Source: Ginglymostoma cirratum (Eukaryota). From it: a stretch of DNA of 64,000 bases. Location of the stretch: the NCBI GenBank assembly GCA_024137785.1, contig JAHRHZ010000074.1, positions 557,350 through 621,349 of the forward strand, read 5' to 3'. The notes under the pieces are model-generated. The model was not told where the DNA came from, made no database searches, and worked only from the letters and a program-made list of their open reading frames with translations. Below are positions 23,323 through 36,770 of the stretch, in pieces. Each line of letters opens with the position of its first letter. Within the stretch, counting starts at the first letter, position 1. The position numbers and the translations under genes were made by a program.

Positions 23323-26149
23323 CAAACAGTTCAGAGCTGAACACACCCTTGTACTATAACATTACGCACAAGATCTCTGGCTGGTTGCCATTGGTTCTGT
23401 CATTTGCTGGTAGATGCCTACCAGTCTCCTTTAGTAACCTATGTAGTGTTTGTTGTAGAGGCCTATAACGTCTGAGAAATTGAAACTTCCACTAATTAGA
23501 TTTAAAGATGGCAGATCAAGATTACAGGTTCCAGCACAACTGATTAAAATTTAAGATCAATACCACCATCAGGAGATATAGGGTGCACATACTGCAGTTT
23601 TAGGAGCAGCTGTCATATTTCTTGTGAAAATATCTGGCACTTTCCTCTCAATGAAACAATCTGAATCTTCCTCTAACAATTAAACAACTAGGCTAACTGT
23701 CACAGATATGTCAGCTTTTGTCACGTGACCCCTTTTATTTGCCTTAAATTTAAAGGTAGAGTCTCAAACTATAACACCCTGATAAACAAAAAAAATTCAT
23801 AAAACATAATTTTATGAACGTAATATCATTGACACCTGGATCTGAGATATTTGCATTCAAGCTCACTGCAGAAAAATGAGTATGCAAACTCATTCTCCAG
23901 TGTGCTAGCACCTTTGTAACCTTAACCATTTGTCCTAGCTCCTGAGCACTTGTGTGCCATGAGTAACCATGCGCAGATACTTTCTAATACCCATTAAATT
24001 CTTCATTGTGCCAGAATCTGAGCTAGTGTCTGCAGCAGTCAGATTGAGTGATGTTGTGTGGTTGAAACTGCAAACAACATGGAATTCATAGGTCACGGTT
24101 TGCAATTGACGGATGTCCTGTGTTAGAAAAGAACAGCAAATATTCTGTGCAATTCCAGTCAATGATAAGTTTCTGGATTTCAAGCTTTTCAAATGGACAA
24201 AAAGAGTTCTCAACTGAAATTATTATTGTTCCAGGTGATGTTGATACATGATGTAAGAAACACGTTTCGTGAATCATCTAATTACAGTGCAGTTTCAGGA
24301 CTACTTGTGCCCAATTCATTTCAGATGATAATCAGTGCATTGGTAACCTACTTACTTTAAAAGAACAGAGTTGTCAATGTGTTACCTTGAACGAAGCAGC
24401 AGGTTACCATGCCATCTTTTTCTGCAGTTTTGCTCTATGATTGCCAAATACTTTTTCCATCCTCCCACTGCTTCTCATTTTGAAATGTTTGAAGCATTTT
24501 AAAGCAAGTGCACGAGCATCCCTTGCATCTATCATAGTCTCTAGTTATCTGCAGCTCCTTGAAACTACGCGCTACGCAATGGTAAACTGCAGTGGGAATA
24601 TACCAACCTGAAATTGCTAGAATGAACTGCGTAAGTTCTATTATAAATGAAATTGACAAAATTAACGAATGTCCAACAGAATTTGATTTGACTAACTTGT
24701 TTTAAAATGAGCAAAAATTATTTCTTAAAAACCTGTAGCTGTTAACCTGGGTAATTTTTTGGAGCTTGACTAAGTCAATATTGCAGTCTTTCCCCAACAG
24801 CCGCATACAAAAATAAAACCCAATAAATTTATTCAATTCTTGGGCAACATTGAAAGACAATTTTGATGCTTCCTATTCTCAGGGCAAGATTTATAACATG
24901 AGATTCTGAAATCTAACCAGATGCTCCAAAAAGATGAACACACCCTGATCAAAACTGTTGTGATTAATTTAACACATTCAAAGACAAAGTATTATTTTCC
25001 CAGAATGCTCAGAGATACAAAGAATAATTCCTTTAAAACTCTAAGCATTTTTCATTTAATCTCAAGGGATCTGTCAAGAGGGGATTATAAATATTTCATA
25101 CACCAGGTTTTCACTTTACTATTGTATAAATGAATCACATTTCCCAATCACTCGCATCTACAAGTGTTATTATGCTTTTTGGCTGGTTTAAAAACATTTA
25201 TCTTATAGCAGTCTTTTCAGGTTAATAAATTATCAATGAAAAGGCCTTTATCAAAAAAAAAGTATTTGAAGAACTGAGCATTTTAACTTCAGAATATCTA
25301 AGACCTGAATCACACTGATTGGAAATGCAGAGCATAAACTGGATGCAGGCCACTAAGTTATGAAATTAAAAAAATGCTGTTTTGCAGAAAAAAGACAATA
25401 ACCTTTTGTAACTAAACTCAATATTTTTATGGATTAACATATTCTCCAGCTCCACTGGGACTTCACTGAAATCAATCAATTTGAAAATTCTTTTCCAAAG
25501 TCATTCTGAAATCTTCTAAATTCCACATATAATCTTTCACAACTTTTTGTACAAAAGTCAGATAGTAAAAGCTGCAATATACAGTATTATCATTAAACAT
25601 GAACACGTTTTAGTCCCTCCAAAGAGTGGGTATTGTCTTTATTCCATAAAATACAAGGTAATGTAAAAAATAAGTTAATGGCACTCGAAATTTTTAAGAA
25701 GTCAATGCATTTTTCTATTATGAAAACATGAACATTTCTAGAGTTCTACCACAAATTTCATCCTTTGATGTTTCTTCATTTATCTTATAGTTCTTCAGAA
25801 AGATGCAAGAAACAGACAGACATATAATTGATACAGGCAACCTGGCAGCTAGGTAATGCTATGTGGAATGTTACTTGCTTGGAGGTGGGATTTTTGCTCC
25901 TCACTCAGACAAGGTCCTGCCTTAGAAAGGTGACAGGAATTTGGATTAATTAGCAGCCTTGTTGTCCATGCAGGGCTACAGGCAACTAATGCATCTTTAC
26001 TTTATGTAGTATCAGATCACATGGCTGTTGGAAAGCCTTCTATTGGATTCCCTTTATTCACCCTAATTACTACATCCACAGAACTCCAATAGCTTGGTCA
26101 CAAAATTGCTCATTCAAAAAGCATGTTGTCACTGTCTGATTGTATTCTC

Positions 26150-27995
26150 ATTTCAAAGTGCCCTGCTCCTACTTCCTTAATGGATTTCAACAATTTCTCA
26201 ATGACCGGTGTTAGGCTAATTGCCTGATAGTTTCCTGCTTTCTGGTTCCATTTGAGATTGAAGATATTTGCTCTTCCTTTGGTGTTGCTGGGTCAAAATC
26301 CTAGAACTTTCTCCTGAACAGCATTGTGGGCCTACCTACAGCACGTGGATTGCAGTGGTTTACGAAGGCAGCTCAGCACCATCTTCTCAAGGGCAGCTAG
26401 GGATGGGCAATAATGCTAGACAGCCAGAAATGCCCACATCCTATGAGTGAATTAAAAGGTACACCACATTCATTGGTTCTCCCTCATCAATTCTACTAGT
26501 TATGTCCTCAAAAAACCCCAGCAGGTTTGTCAAACATGATTTCCCTTTCATAAATCCATGTTGACTTTCTGCAATACCACTGTTGTTATGCTATCAAATC
26601 CTTTATAGTGGAATTCAGCATTTTCCCAATCACTGATATTAGGCTAACTGCTCTGTAATTCCTATTTTCCTCCCTCCCTTCTTTTTCAACAGTTGGGTTA
26701 CATTTGCCACCATCTGATCTGCTGGGAGGCTGGGATTGTAATGGAATCCACAAAGTTTGGAAAAATGGCAACCAATGCATCCAACTAGTTTCACAGTCAC
26801 ATCTTTTAATAGCCTGGGATGTAGATGATCAGACCCTGGTGATTTAGCAACTCTTGGTCAATTATTTTTTCTTTTTCAAACTAATACTAATTTCCTCCCC
26901 AAAAGACACTTGCATCCCTGGCATTTCAGGGAAGTTTCTTATTTTCTGTCTTCTTTGGTAAAGGCAGAACAAAGGTAATTATCTAATTTTTCTGCCATTT
27001 CCTTGTTCTTCATTGTGAATTCTCCTTTTTTCAGATTGTAAAGGGCTTACATTTGTCTTCACTAATCTTTTTCTTTTGCATGCACATAGAAGCTCTTGCA
27101 GTCCACATCTTTGTTCCTTGGAAGTTTACTTTTATACTCTATCTTTCCCCTGTTAATTAACGTCTTGGTTCTCTTTTGTTGAATTATCCAGGTTGCTACT
27201 TTTTCCAATCCAATTTATATTACTCCCTTTTGGATCTAATACTTTTGTTAACCAGTTGGGGCCACTTTTCCCATTCTGTTCATTCGCCCAAAAAGAATTC
27301 ATAATTGCACCATTTTTTCCTTAAATATTTCGTTCCATGTCCACTGGCATGTCTTTAATGGTGGTACCCAATGTATCATAACTAATGTACCCCTCATACC
27401 ATTAAAGTTGTTTTTGTTTTGATTTATGACCCTATTTTTGGATTGGACTACTTCACTTTCTATCTTAGTGAAGAATTGTATCATGTTATAGTCAATTTTC
27501 TTAAATGACCTCTCACATAAGATTATTAACGAATCCTTTCTCATTGTACAAACTAAATTGACGATAGCCTGCTGCTCAGTTGGTTTCTCAATTCCTGGTC
27601 TCAAAATACATCTTGTACACACTCCAGGCATTCATCAACCACAGTATTATGGCTAATCTGGTTTAGTCAGTGTTTATATAGATTAAACTTGCCCTTGATC
27701 ACTGTAGCATCCTTGTTGCCCGTATCTCTAGTTTCCTGTTTAATGCTACTCCCTACCTCACCACTATTGTTTGGAGGCCAATAGACAACTCCCACTAACA
27801 CTTTCCACACCTTTTTGCTTCTTAGCTCCACCCAGACTGATTCCATACCTAGATTTCCTGAACCAATATCTTTTCTCATGATTGCACTGAGTTAATCTTA
27901 CACTGGCAATGCCATCCCATCTCATTTTCTTTTTTCCTTGTCTTTCCTAAAGGTTAAATACCCTTCAATATTGAATTTGCAGCTTTGTTCATCCA
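26150..27995 (-). mobile_element. CR1 LINE ORF2 relic (endonuclease to RT)
   Basis: ESVWVELRSKK..VLVGVVYWPPN (APE domain) and NYRAVSLISVIGKML (RT). Confidence 0.85.
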
Positions 27996-28807
27996 TAAGA
28001 CCATAAAGTCATAAGAAATAGGAGCAGAATTTGGTTATTTGGCCCATCAAATTTGCTTTGCCATTTGATCATGGCTGAAATGTTTCTCAACCCTATTCTC
28101 CAGCTTTTTACCCGTAACCCTTGACCCCTTACTAATCAAGATGTGAGGTTATGTACTTTGGTAGAAGAATAGAGGCGTAGACTATTTTCTAAATGCAGAA
28201 AGGTCTTGGAAATCTGAAGGACAAAGGGGCTTAGGAGTCCTAGTTCAGGATTCTCTTAAGGTTAACATGCAGATTCAGTTGGCACTTAGGAAGGCAAATG
28301 CAATGTCAGCTTTAATTTCAAGAGGGCTAGAATACAAGAGCAGAGATGTACTGATGAGGCCATATAAGGCTCTGGTTAGATTGCATTTTGAATATTGTGA
28401 GCAGTTTTGGGCCCCATATTTAGGGAAGAATGTGCTGGCATTGGAGGGGGTCCGGAGGAGGTTTACAAGAATGATACCAAGAATGAAGGGCTCATCATAT
28501 AGGTTTATGGAGTTTAGAAAGATGAGGGGGAACTAATCAAATATCTATTTCTCTCTGACTTAAATATACTCAATAATTTGGCCTCTACACTTTCCTGCAG
28601 CAATGAGTTCCAAAGATTAACCACCCTCTGGCTGAAGAAATTCCTCCACATCTTAGTTCTAAACAGTCTTCCCTTCACCCTGAGGCTGTGCCCTTGGGTT
28701 CTAGTCTATTCTAGTCGTGGAAATATCTTTTCCACGTCCACTGTATCCAGGCCTTTCAGTACTCTGTAAGTTTCAATAAGTTCCCTCTCATTCTTCTAAA
28801 TGCCATA
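27995..28807 (-). mobile_element. CR1 3' fragment with embedded inverted CR1 segment (28140-28531)
   Basis: The plus-strand piece encodes GLEYKSRDV..YKALVRLHFEYCEQFWAPY and is flanked by duplicated actaatcaa. Confidence 0.85.
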
Positions 28808-29064
28808 GCATTTGTCCAGCTTGGTTAAGGGCTTAGATAGCTAATGCGCACAGATCTTCATTTCCATTGCTGGCGCATTATTAGGGCTCATAGACCTTGC
28901 AGTATCAAATACCTTCAGATGTTTCTTGAATGGAATTGGCTGAAGTCTATCATCTGTGATGTCAAGAACCTCGGAAGGATTCTAAGATTATCCATGTTGT
29001 ACTTTATGACTGAAGTTATCTTTTGCCCTGATGCACTAGCATCCCCCATCATTGATGGTGGCAG

Positions 29065-29372
29065 GGAGGCAATGATCTAGCGGTATTATTGCTGGACTGT
29101 TAATCCAGAGACCCAGATAATGCTCTGGGTACCTGAGTTCAAATCCTGCCACGGCAGATAAAATAACCGGAATTAAGAATCTAATGATGACCATGTACTG
29201 GTTCACTAATATCCTTTAGGGAAGGAAACTGCCATCCTTATCTGGCCTACATGTGACTACAGACCCACAGCAATGTGGTTGACTCTGAACTGCCCTCTGG
29301 GCAATTAGGGATGGGCAATACATGCTGTCTGGTCAGCGATGCCCTCATCCCATGAATGAATACAGAAAAAAA
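29065..29372 (+). mobile_element. tRNA-derived SINE
   Basis: B-box gagttcaaatcc, core ctggttcactaat..cctttagggaagg, A-rich tail. Related copies at 41965-42270, 50005-50375 and 56145-56260. Confidence 0.8.
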
Positions 29373-30540
29373 GATTGTGAAGCCTTTTTTCTCTTATTAA
29401 TTGTTCGGTTGTCCACCATCATGCATACTAGATGTGCCAGGGCCACAGAGCTTTGATCAGATTCATTGATATTTTCAGCCCATCTTTGACAATTTGACTT
29501 GTCTAACTGATGTGGGGATTAGAGTCGGCCATTGCTATTGCAAGTCCCCATTTTCCCGGATTTATACTTTGTCTTACAATTTTAGGGGTCCAATAAACTG
29601 TCCCCACCAGTGACTGCTATCCTTCACTATTTCTTACTTCTAAACAAATTTTATATCTTGATCACCATAACCAATCATTTCTAACTATTGCACTGATCTC
29701 ATTGTCCATTAACAGTATTATCCATCTCCATTTTCCTTTCCTCGTATCCTTCTAAAATGCCAAATAACCTTGAATATTCAGGTTTCTGCACTGGTTGCCT
29801 TGCAACCACATCTCTGTAATGTCTGTCTGTCATACTCACATAATTCTATTTATGCAATCAATTTGCTCTTGCATTACAGTCTCTCCGTTCCTGTCACAAT
29901 CTGGTCATCATTACTGCTTGTCCTTTCTCTTGAGGTTTTCAAATCCTCACTCATGTGAATGATACTCTCGTCATCATTTAATTTATGAAATCACTGAATT
30001 AGTGCAGCAATGAATGTGTTCAATTTTTTAAAAATTGAGAATACAGTTAAAAATCATCTGTATCTTTGTCAAGACTAAGACTCATAAACAATAGAAAATG
30101 TTTGATTTAGGATAGTGCACTTGATAAGAACGAAACTTAAGATAAGTGACTATAAGCAAACATACAGAGAGTGTACATTTCTTCAATTAATTCATTCCAA
30201 AAATAGAATTCTTAGCAATGAACAAAAGGAGCTGTTTTTGCAGTACTGTGTTTTTTTTTAACGTTGCACAGTTTTCCTTGAAATCTAGGCTTCAATGGTA
30301 AGTTAAGTTAAAACAGCCATTTTGGGTATAACATTAGTGTTGAGATCACTGTGTAAGAGGACTCCTCAAAGAAAGGCTGAGACAAGTCAAAAAACTATGC
30401 ATTTACATTGAACTGCAAGTATATCTTTTGTTAAATATTTGTTTAATTATCCTGAATTTAAGTGAATTTGTCACGATATAGTCATTTACAGTATGTTTGA
30501 TTACCTTGTAGCTTTTTTTGGATTTACTTAGAATCCTCTG

Positions 30541-30850
30541 TAGAATCACAGAATCACGTACAACGTGGAACCAGGCCATTCTGCCCATCAAGTCCAGACT
30601 GACCTTCCAAAAGAACATCCCACCCAGACCCACAACCCTAACCTAATCCTGTAATCCTGCAATTTAGCATGGTCAATCCACCCAAACTGCACATCTTTGG
30701 ACTGTGTGAGGAAACTTGTGCACCTGGAGGAGACCCATGCAGACACAGGGAAAATGTGCAAACTCCACACATGACCCAAGGGTGAAATCGAACCTGGGCC
30801 CCTGCTGCTGTGAGATAGCAGTACTAATTGCTGAGCCAATGTGCCACCCA
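30541..30850 (-). mobile_element. HE1/V-SINE-type SINE with CR1-like tail
   Basis: Minus strand ggcacattggctcagcaattagtactgct...ggttcgatttc...tgtgtggagtttgcacatt, matching the V-SINE core. Confidence 0.8.
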
Positions 30851-31354
30851 GTCTTAGTCTTCCTTCATTTTTAGATTAATTAACGCATTCGGAAATTACT
30901 GTAGCTCAGTTGACAGTGTGGGTAGGTCAAGCTTGGGACTTTCAGCCCAGAATTTAATTCAGGCAGGAGCAGGAAGGCAAAGGAGTTCTAGGATGCTACC
31001 ACCTTCCAAATTAATTTCTTTGTCCATCTGAAGGAATTGGAAGATTCTGCCATAAGGCTCTCAGCAACGTACTTTCACCTTAGACGGTGAGCAGGCAGAG
31101 AGACGGTAAAGTGGGAAATAATGAGGTGCTTAGCCTGCCCGTGGAACCTGATGGTTTGTGTCCTGATTTTGACATCAAGGTTCGGCATGCAGATCAAAAT
31201 ATGATGGGTTGATGGCAGATCCCTGGGTGATTTATGTTTAGCAAAAGAGAAGCCATTACAGGAGAGAATCTGGCTATGATTGGAGAGAAAAAGAGTGTAA
31301 CAAGCCAAGGATAGTTGCACACAGCTGGATAGGATGGTCAACCACATCAAAGAC

Positions 31355-31720
31355 ATAGGATAAGATTAAATGATGTACAGGCAGCAGAAGGCCAATCAGC
31401 CCAGCGATTCTGCTCTGCCAATGAATGGGATCATGGTAGACCTGACAGTTCTCAACTCCACTTTCCTGCCTTTTCCTGATAACTCTTGATTCCTTTACTG
31501 ATTAAAATCCTGTCCACCTCAGCTTTCAATATACTTAACAATCCAGCTTCCACAACCCTCTGTAGTAAAGTATTTCACAGGTTCACTACCCTCTGAGAGA
31601 AAAAAAATTCCTCCTCATTTCTATCTTAAATGGGTGACCCCTTATTCTGTGATTATGACTTCTGGTCTTAGACTCTCCCAGGAGGGAAAACGACTTTTCT
31701 GTATCAGCTTTGCTCTTAAG
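31355..31720 (-). mobile_element. CR1 LINE 3' end
   Basis: Reverse complement of the CR1 3' region, as at 40855-41490. Confidence 0.8.
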
Positions 31721-33229
31721 CATCTTAAAACATTTGGGTTCTTCCATGATAGACTGAGATATTAGTAATAGAATGGACAGCGAGTGGAAGAGTTCATAAA
31801 GTGTGTTGAAGTCAACGTTATTCAGTCAAACAAACAGGGGGGCATTGTTGGATTTTGTTTTAAAGAGTGAGGTGATTTAAATGGATCAAGCATCAGTACA
31901 AGGACATTTCAGAAGCAATTATCATAGTACCATCAAGTTTAGGTTAGCCACGGAAAGTACAAAGAACAGTTTAGAGAGGAAAACAAAATTATTGGAAGAG
32001 GTCCAATTTCACTGAGAAAGGCTGGAGGTAGACTAGTTGATAAGTGACCAAGACCTAATTGAATACATCTATCAATACTGAGGAAATAAAGGTTGGAATC
32101 ATGGAAACATTGGCCATAATCTTCCATTGCTTTTTGGTGATGCCATTAAAAGTTTAAATTTTATACCCTTTGTTATAATAATAGTAAAAATGGATCGTAG
32201 TTTTTTAACTCCCACCATACAATATTAACATTGGGGGCTTCCCATGGACTGAAATAGTTTTGGGAAAGGAGAAACGCTGACTTCAGATGACCATCATGGT
32301 CACTGCACCACAGACTGAGCCAGTTCATGAAAGCACCAAGATCCAGTTTGAACTGAAATTGTTATGTAGTTAAAGGACTGATGACAATCACCCAAACTAT
32401 TATTTCCTCTTTGATATGGACTTTTCTAGAATTTGAGTCATTGAAATGAATGTCACATGCAGGTTGTCCAGCTTAGAAAGAACAATGAAGTGTAGCACAG
32501 AATTACATAATGAACTGTATTTCAGACAACTACTTTTGGGCAGAGAGGAGAGAAGAATGAGGCATTCATAATGGCAGGATATCAAGGCTTTTTTTCTCTC
32601 TGTCTCTTTTCCTGGGTTTTCCCAGCTCTTGGAAGACAAACCTAGTGAAAAACAGATCAGAGACGTATTCCTTCAATAAGAAATCAAAGATGTCTACAAC
32701 TTCCATAACTGCTAAGGGTAAGGTTCACTGGTTAACTAACGGTAGCCTCAGGTTAAACCTAAAACTTCAAAGGCTCCAGGAAAAGTTTTTAAACCGCATA
32801 TTCTTGAATTTCCTTCTTGTACTAGAGATTGTCCCCTTTATGAATTGACGTCTGTATTTATGTGTGTGTGACTGATGCTGCGTTTTATTACTTACATCGT
32901 GGTTAAGAAGTAATAAAATTCCTCTTTCATTCACTCATGAAAACCCTGAGCTGAATGTTCCCATTTTATGTTGAAGTGTTTTGTTGAGTGAGATTCATGA
33001 TGGCTGGCCTGCTACAGTGACCTTTCTCACACAATCTTCCACTCTTCACATCATGAGCACTACAGCATCGCTCTCATGGAACTGTACAGCAGGGGAGGTG
33101 AAAATGTTCCCACGGCTAAGATCCTTCAACACTCAGTCTGTTCGTGCCAAATTTAAAATCCAACTGCACATCACTTTGGGCACTGCAACCAGGAACTGCG
33201 TTTACACTATGGTACTTGACTGTCATTGC

Positions 33230-34900
33230 TAGGGGCAAGGCCTGAAGAGGAAAGCAGCAGACTGCATTGCCAGCAGGGATATCAAGGTGTCGGTGGACAG
33301 GGTCAAAGAGAGGAGGGCAGTGCTTTTTAATGTGGACTACCAAAGGAGGCCACACCTCCAGATGCAGATAGCCTGGACACAGATATTGGTCCAGGTCAGT
33401 TGTGTCCCTGTTAAAACATAATGTAAAACAGTCTAGGATGAAGGTGAATGATCTTTTGCGCTCTGTGAAAGCAAGCACCATCATCTTCTCTCTGCTACGA
33501 CATACCCATAGAGCCACTAGTTCTGCCACTGCATATACCTCAGCATGGACTACAGCTCTCACTATTGTGTGTCCACTCAATGGCTCTCACCAATCTCATG
33601 CTCCCAATGTACTACCCCTTCCCACCTCTGTGCTTCTGACAAACTCACTTGGGGCAACTCACCACTGTTCCTGCTCCTACATCACCACTAACTTCTCTTC
33701 CATTCACTCCCATCATACTCAATCAACGCCCTTTATTGCATTGCAGGAAAATTGCTCCCACACTGGACGGAGAAAGCCGCGACCAACTGTTGATGGACAT
33801 AAGGCACCTCATCTCATAAGAGGAGAAAATTCTACAGTTGAATTAGGAAACATAATAGCTGCTGATGGAGCAAGAGGAACCCTCAATAGGCAACTAACCC
33901 AGTAAGCTCCATTGTGCTGTACTCGAATTACTTCTCTCCAATTACGATCAACACTAACTTCTTATCTGGACAAGCTCTTATTCCTCCTACACGCTTAATT
34001 CACTCTCATCTCTTATGATGGGCACCAGAGGCAATCAGTGAAGAGAACAGTGCCAACCCACTCTCAGCTCCACTTCCTCCTCAGAGGTTATATACACAAG
34101 GCTTTTTCCTGCACCCTCCACTAGCTCAGAGATTTTCACCTTGGTAGTATTCTATCCACTAGATTAGACTTGAGGCACAATCCAGTGGATGCAAAAGTGA
34201 CACCACAGCTGGCTGAAATACACCAGGTTCCTGGGGCTCAGAGAGCTTCCACAGACCAGGCACCTTGTCAGCACCAAGCAGAAGATGATTCCAAGTTCTT
34301 GACCATTAATGACTTCATGAAAATGCACAGACAGGCGCAGGAACAGGTTTGTCAGAGAAAATCGGTAAACTGGATCTAAAGATCAACAATGTTATTAGTA
34401 CCATGCTAGCTCCATCATGCATGTGTCCGTTTATCTCCATAGAGGAGCTGGCATCTTCCAGGGAGAAGCAGGTCCAGAATACAGAGTGTCTGTAGGATAT
34501 GAGCACAGACCTGCGCTCCATCACTGTAGGTGCTCAGCATCAATGGCAAGGCGAGAGCGAACGAGGGACCTTGACTTCATGCTAGGTGCCTCCTCCTCGC
34601 AGGGAGAAAGGGCACCCATCGGAAGGAACTGCCTGAAATAAGATTCCAGTCAAGACACTCAGGATGTGTCGAGCCACGCCAACTCCCCGCTCTGTCTGCG
34701 ATGTCACAGCCTACAGAAGTCCAAGCTGAGGAGGGTGAGTCTGTATCTGGGCAGGCAACATCAATTGTGCTCTGGGTCTAAATGGCCTCGCAGTGACTGT
34801 CCAAGGCAACAGGCTCAGTGACAGAGCAGACTCCTTCTACCCTCGTTGTGGTGGTTGTGACAGCACTTATACATAAGGTCAGGGAGAGCAAGGGTTAAAA
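33230..34900 (+). mobile_element. Harbinger-associated Myb/SANT-like gene relic
   Basis: RDIKVSVDRVKERRAVL...AWTQI...KQSRMKVNDLLRS resembles the Myb/SANT trihelix (W..I...QCRK..NDL) of PIF/Harbinger elements. Confidence 0.55.
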
Positions 34901-35824
34901 AACATACTGAGGGACACTGGTGACACATAATTCTAAATAAGTTTGCGCTTTGGGAAGTATATGCATTCTTAAAATTTTTGCTCTACTGTCTTTGTCACGG
35001 CTATATCTGGTTATGTTACATCCATGAGAGAGATGAGCACTCATTTCACAAATCCCAAGGATTAAAGAAGCTGCCATGTCTAAGCATTGCTCATCTCTTA
35101 CAAGCAACTGACTTCTTGACTGACGAGGAGAGATCCTTGAACTGGCAATGATGACTGCCACCAAGATGTTGCACTTGAAAATGGACAACAATGAAGCTAA
35201 ATACAATGTGCAGAGATTGTGTGAGGGCCCACTTCCATACTCATACCCAACTTATGAGTGACAGTATAGAATCAGTGATGATTCTACATATCTCTGGAGA
35301 AAAAAACACATGTCTATTCTCCCTCATAGCATATTGGCCTATTGAGTAAATCTGCACAAAGTGCTGCCTCTAGCATATTGACTGCTGTCCTGTGGAATCG
35401 TTAAACACTTCAGGACAACCTAAAAACTTGCGCACACTCTGAAATGTTGAAGGCCAGCCAACACTGAGAGGTTAAAAGGAGATGCCTCAGAAATCTTCTG
35501 TGCACAACATTTGGAAATAATCTGCTGAATGAAGTCTTCCGAAATTTCTAACTTTACCGCCACGTAATGTGAGTGCCCTGTCTCACAGATTGCTGCTTTC
35601 TCCCTAAAAGGTAGTAGGACCTGTAAAGTGTTGATACTTGAAAGTGGGCTCACTTGAAGATATCAAGCATACAATCAGCTGAATAATGAGGCATTTATTC
35701 AGCAACAGGAAAGACTGCAAAAATTACAAGGTCCACATACCCTTTACACTAAGCAGGGGTTGCTTGCCATATAACCAATAAAATGTTAAACAATTAACGG
35801 GAGTCCAAATCAAGTTCGTTCATC

Positions 35825-36290
35825 CTGGAAGCTATTTGGGAAGCATTGAAGATGGTGCAGAAAAGATTTTGAAGAATAGTCTCAGACCTGAATGACTATA
35901 GTTATCAGGCTAGAAAAGATATAGCTGTTCTTAGAAATAGCTTAAACAGAAGATTTGTTGGAGGTGTTCAAGATAATTATGTTCTAGACAGTGTGTATAG
36001 GGAGGAACTATTTTCTTTGGTGGAGGAGTCAAGAACCAACAGACAAGGTTGATGCAGAAGAACTGACTACAACATAAGGAAAAGCCTTTTTTATGCAGCA
36101 AGAAGTTGGATCTGGAAGACTGTGTGATGAAGGTAAATTCAATTGTGGCCTTCAAAAGAGAATAGGATGACAATCTAAAGAGGAAATAATGACAGAGCTA
36201 AATGGCCATTGGGACTAACTGAGATTTTCATTTATCATGCAGACAGAAACAAAATGTTCCGCGTGGCCATTTTCTGTGCTGTAGCTATGC
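35825..36290 (+). mobile_element. Old CR1 3' fragment
   Basis: Diverged LKMVQKRF remnant and CR1-like 3' UTR. Confidence 0.6.
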
Positions 36291-36770
36291 TATGAAATAC
36301 TTTCCCTTCACTCTCTTAATTAACAAATGCATTACTTAAATATTATAAGTTAGCACATAAATACTCACAAGATCACTTTTTAAATTTCTGTCACGATTTG
36401 TGGGGAACACAGATGGGTTGATACCTCAAGGCTCTGACCAAATTGCATACTCCAATTCTCAGAAGCATTTAATGCAAAGCAAACTTTCCAGCCAAATACA
36501 TTTTTGTTTAGAAATAAAACTTGGAGTAACTTTAAAAGAGTACATCATTCTTTGTATGTGTGAACAAATATCCTTAGGCATTGATGGCTTATAAAAAATA
36601 AATCATCCCATATCACTTGCCATTTATATGTGCAGACCTATTTTCTGTAAACTATTTTCTCTCAACATAGATGTTTTATTGATTATATCTCTGGATCTTC
36701 CACAATTCTCAGTGAACAGTCTGTATCAAACATTCAGTTATGAATTTCCCTAATAACTTACTGAAAAGAC

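Larger units (their letters stand above)
19690..23700 (+). pseudogene. Endogenous negative-strand RNA virus L (RdRp and capping domain) relic, interrupted by CR1, SINE and a local duplication
   Basis: Colinear degenerate motifs, frameshifts assumed: VNA(D)FSNY..CRQE (19700-19742), RQ.LW (19805-19821), KLIDQG-D (19895-19916), MAGF, IPS(L)LVGF (about 22110), LPYPWQQSIAFL, QDPLS, RIAS-LFDVA..SRIMNTQSI, LREVRYG, GSST (23527-23538). Confidence 0.65.

Noticed and set aside
29065-29160. tRNA gene (also 21985-22075, 30770-30850, 50005-50095)
   Set aside because: A/B boxes are followed by SINE bodies and I see no intact cloverleaf.
32400-32980. Possible second LTR
   Set aside because: The composition is LTR-like but I could not define TG/CA termini or a TSD.
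33402-33905. 167-aa ORF as a host gene
   Set aside because: It starts in a Harbinger Myb/SANT relic and runs into pyrimidine-rich intron-like sequence.
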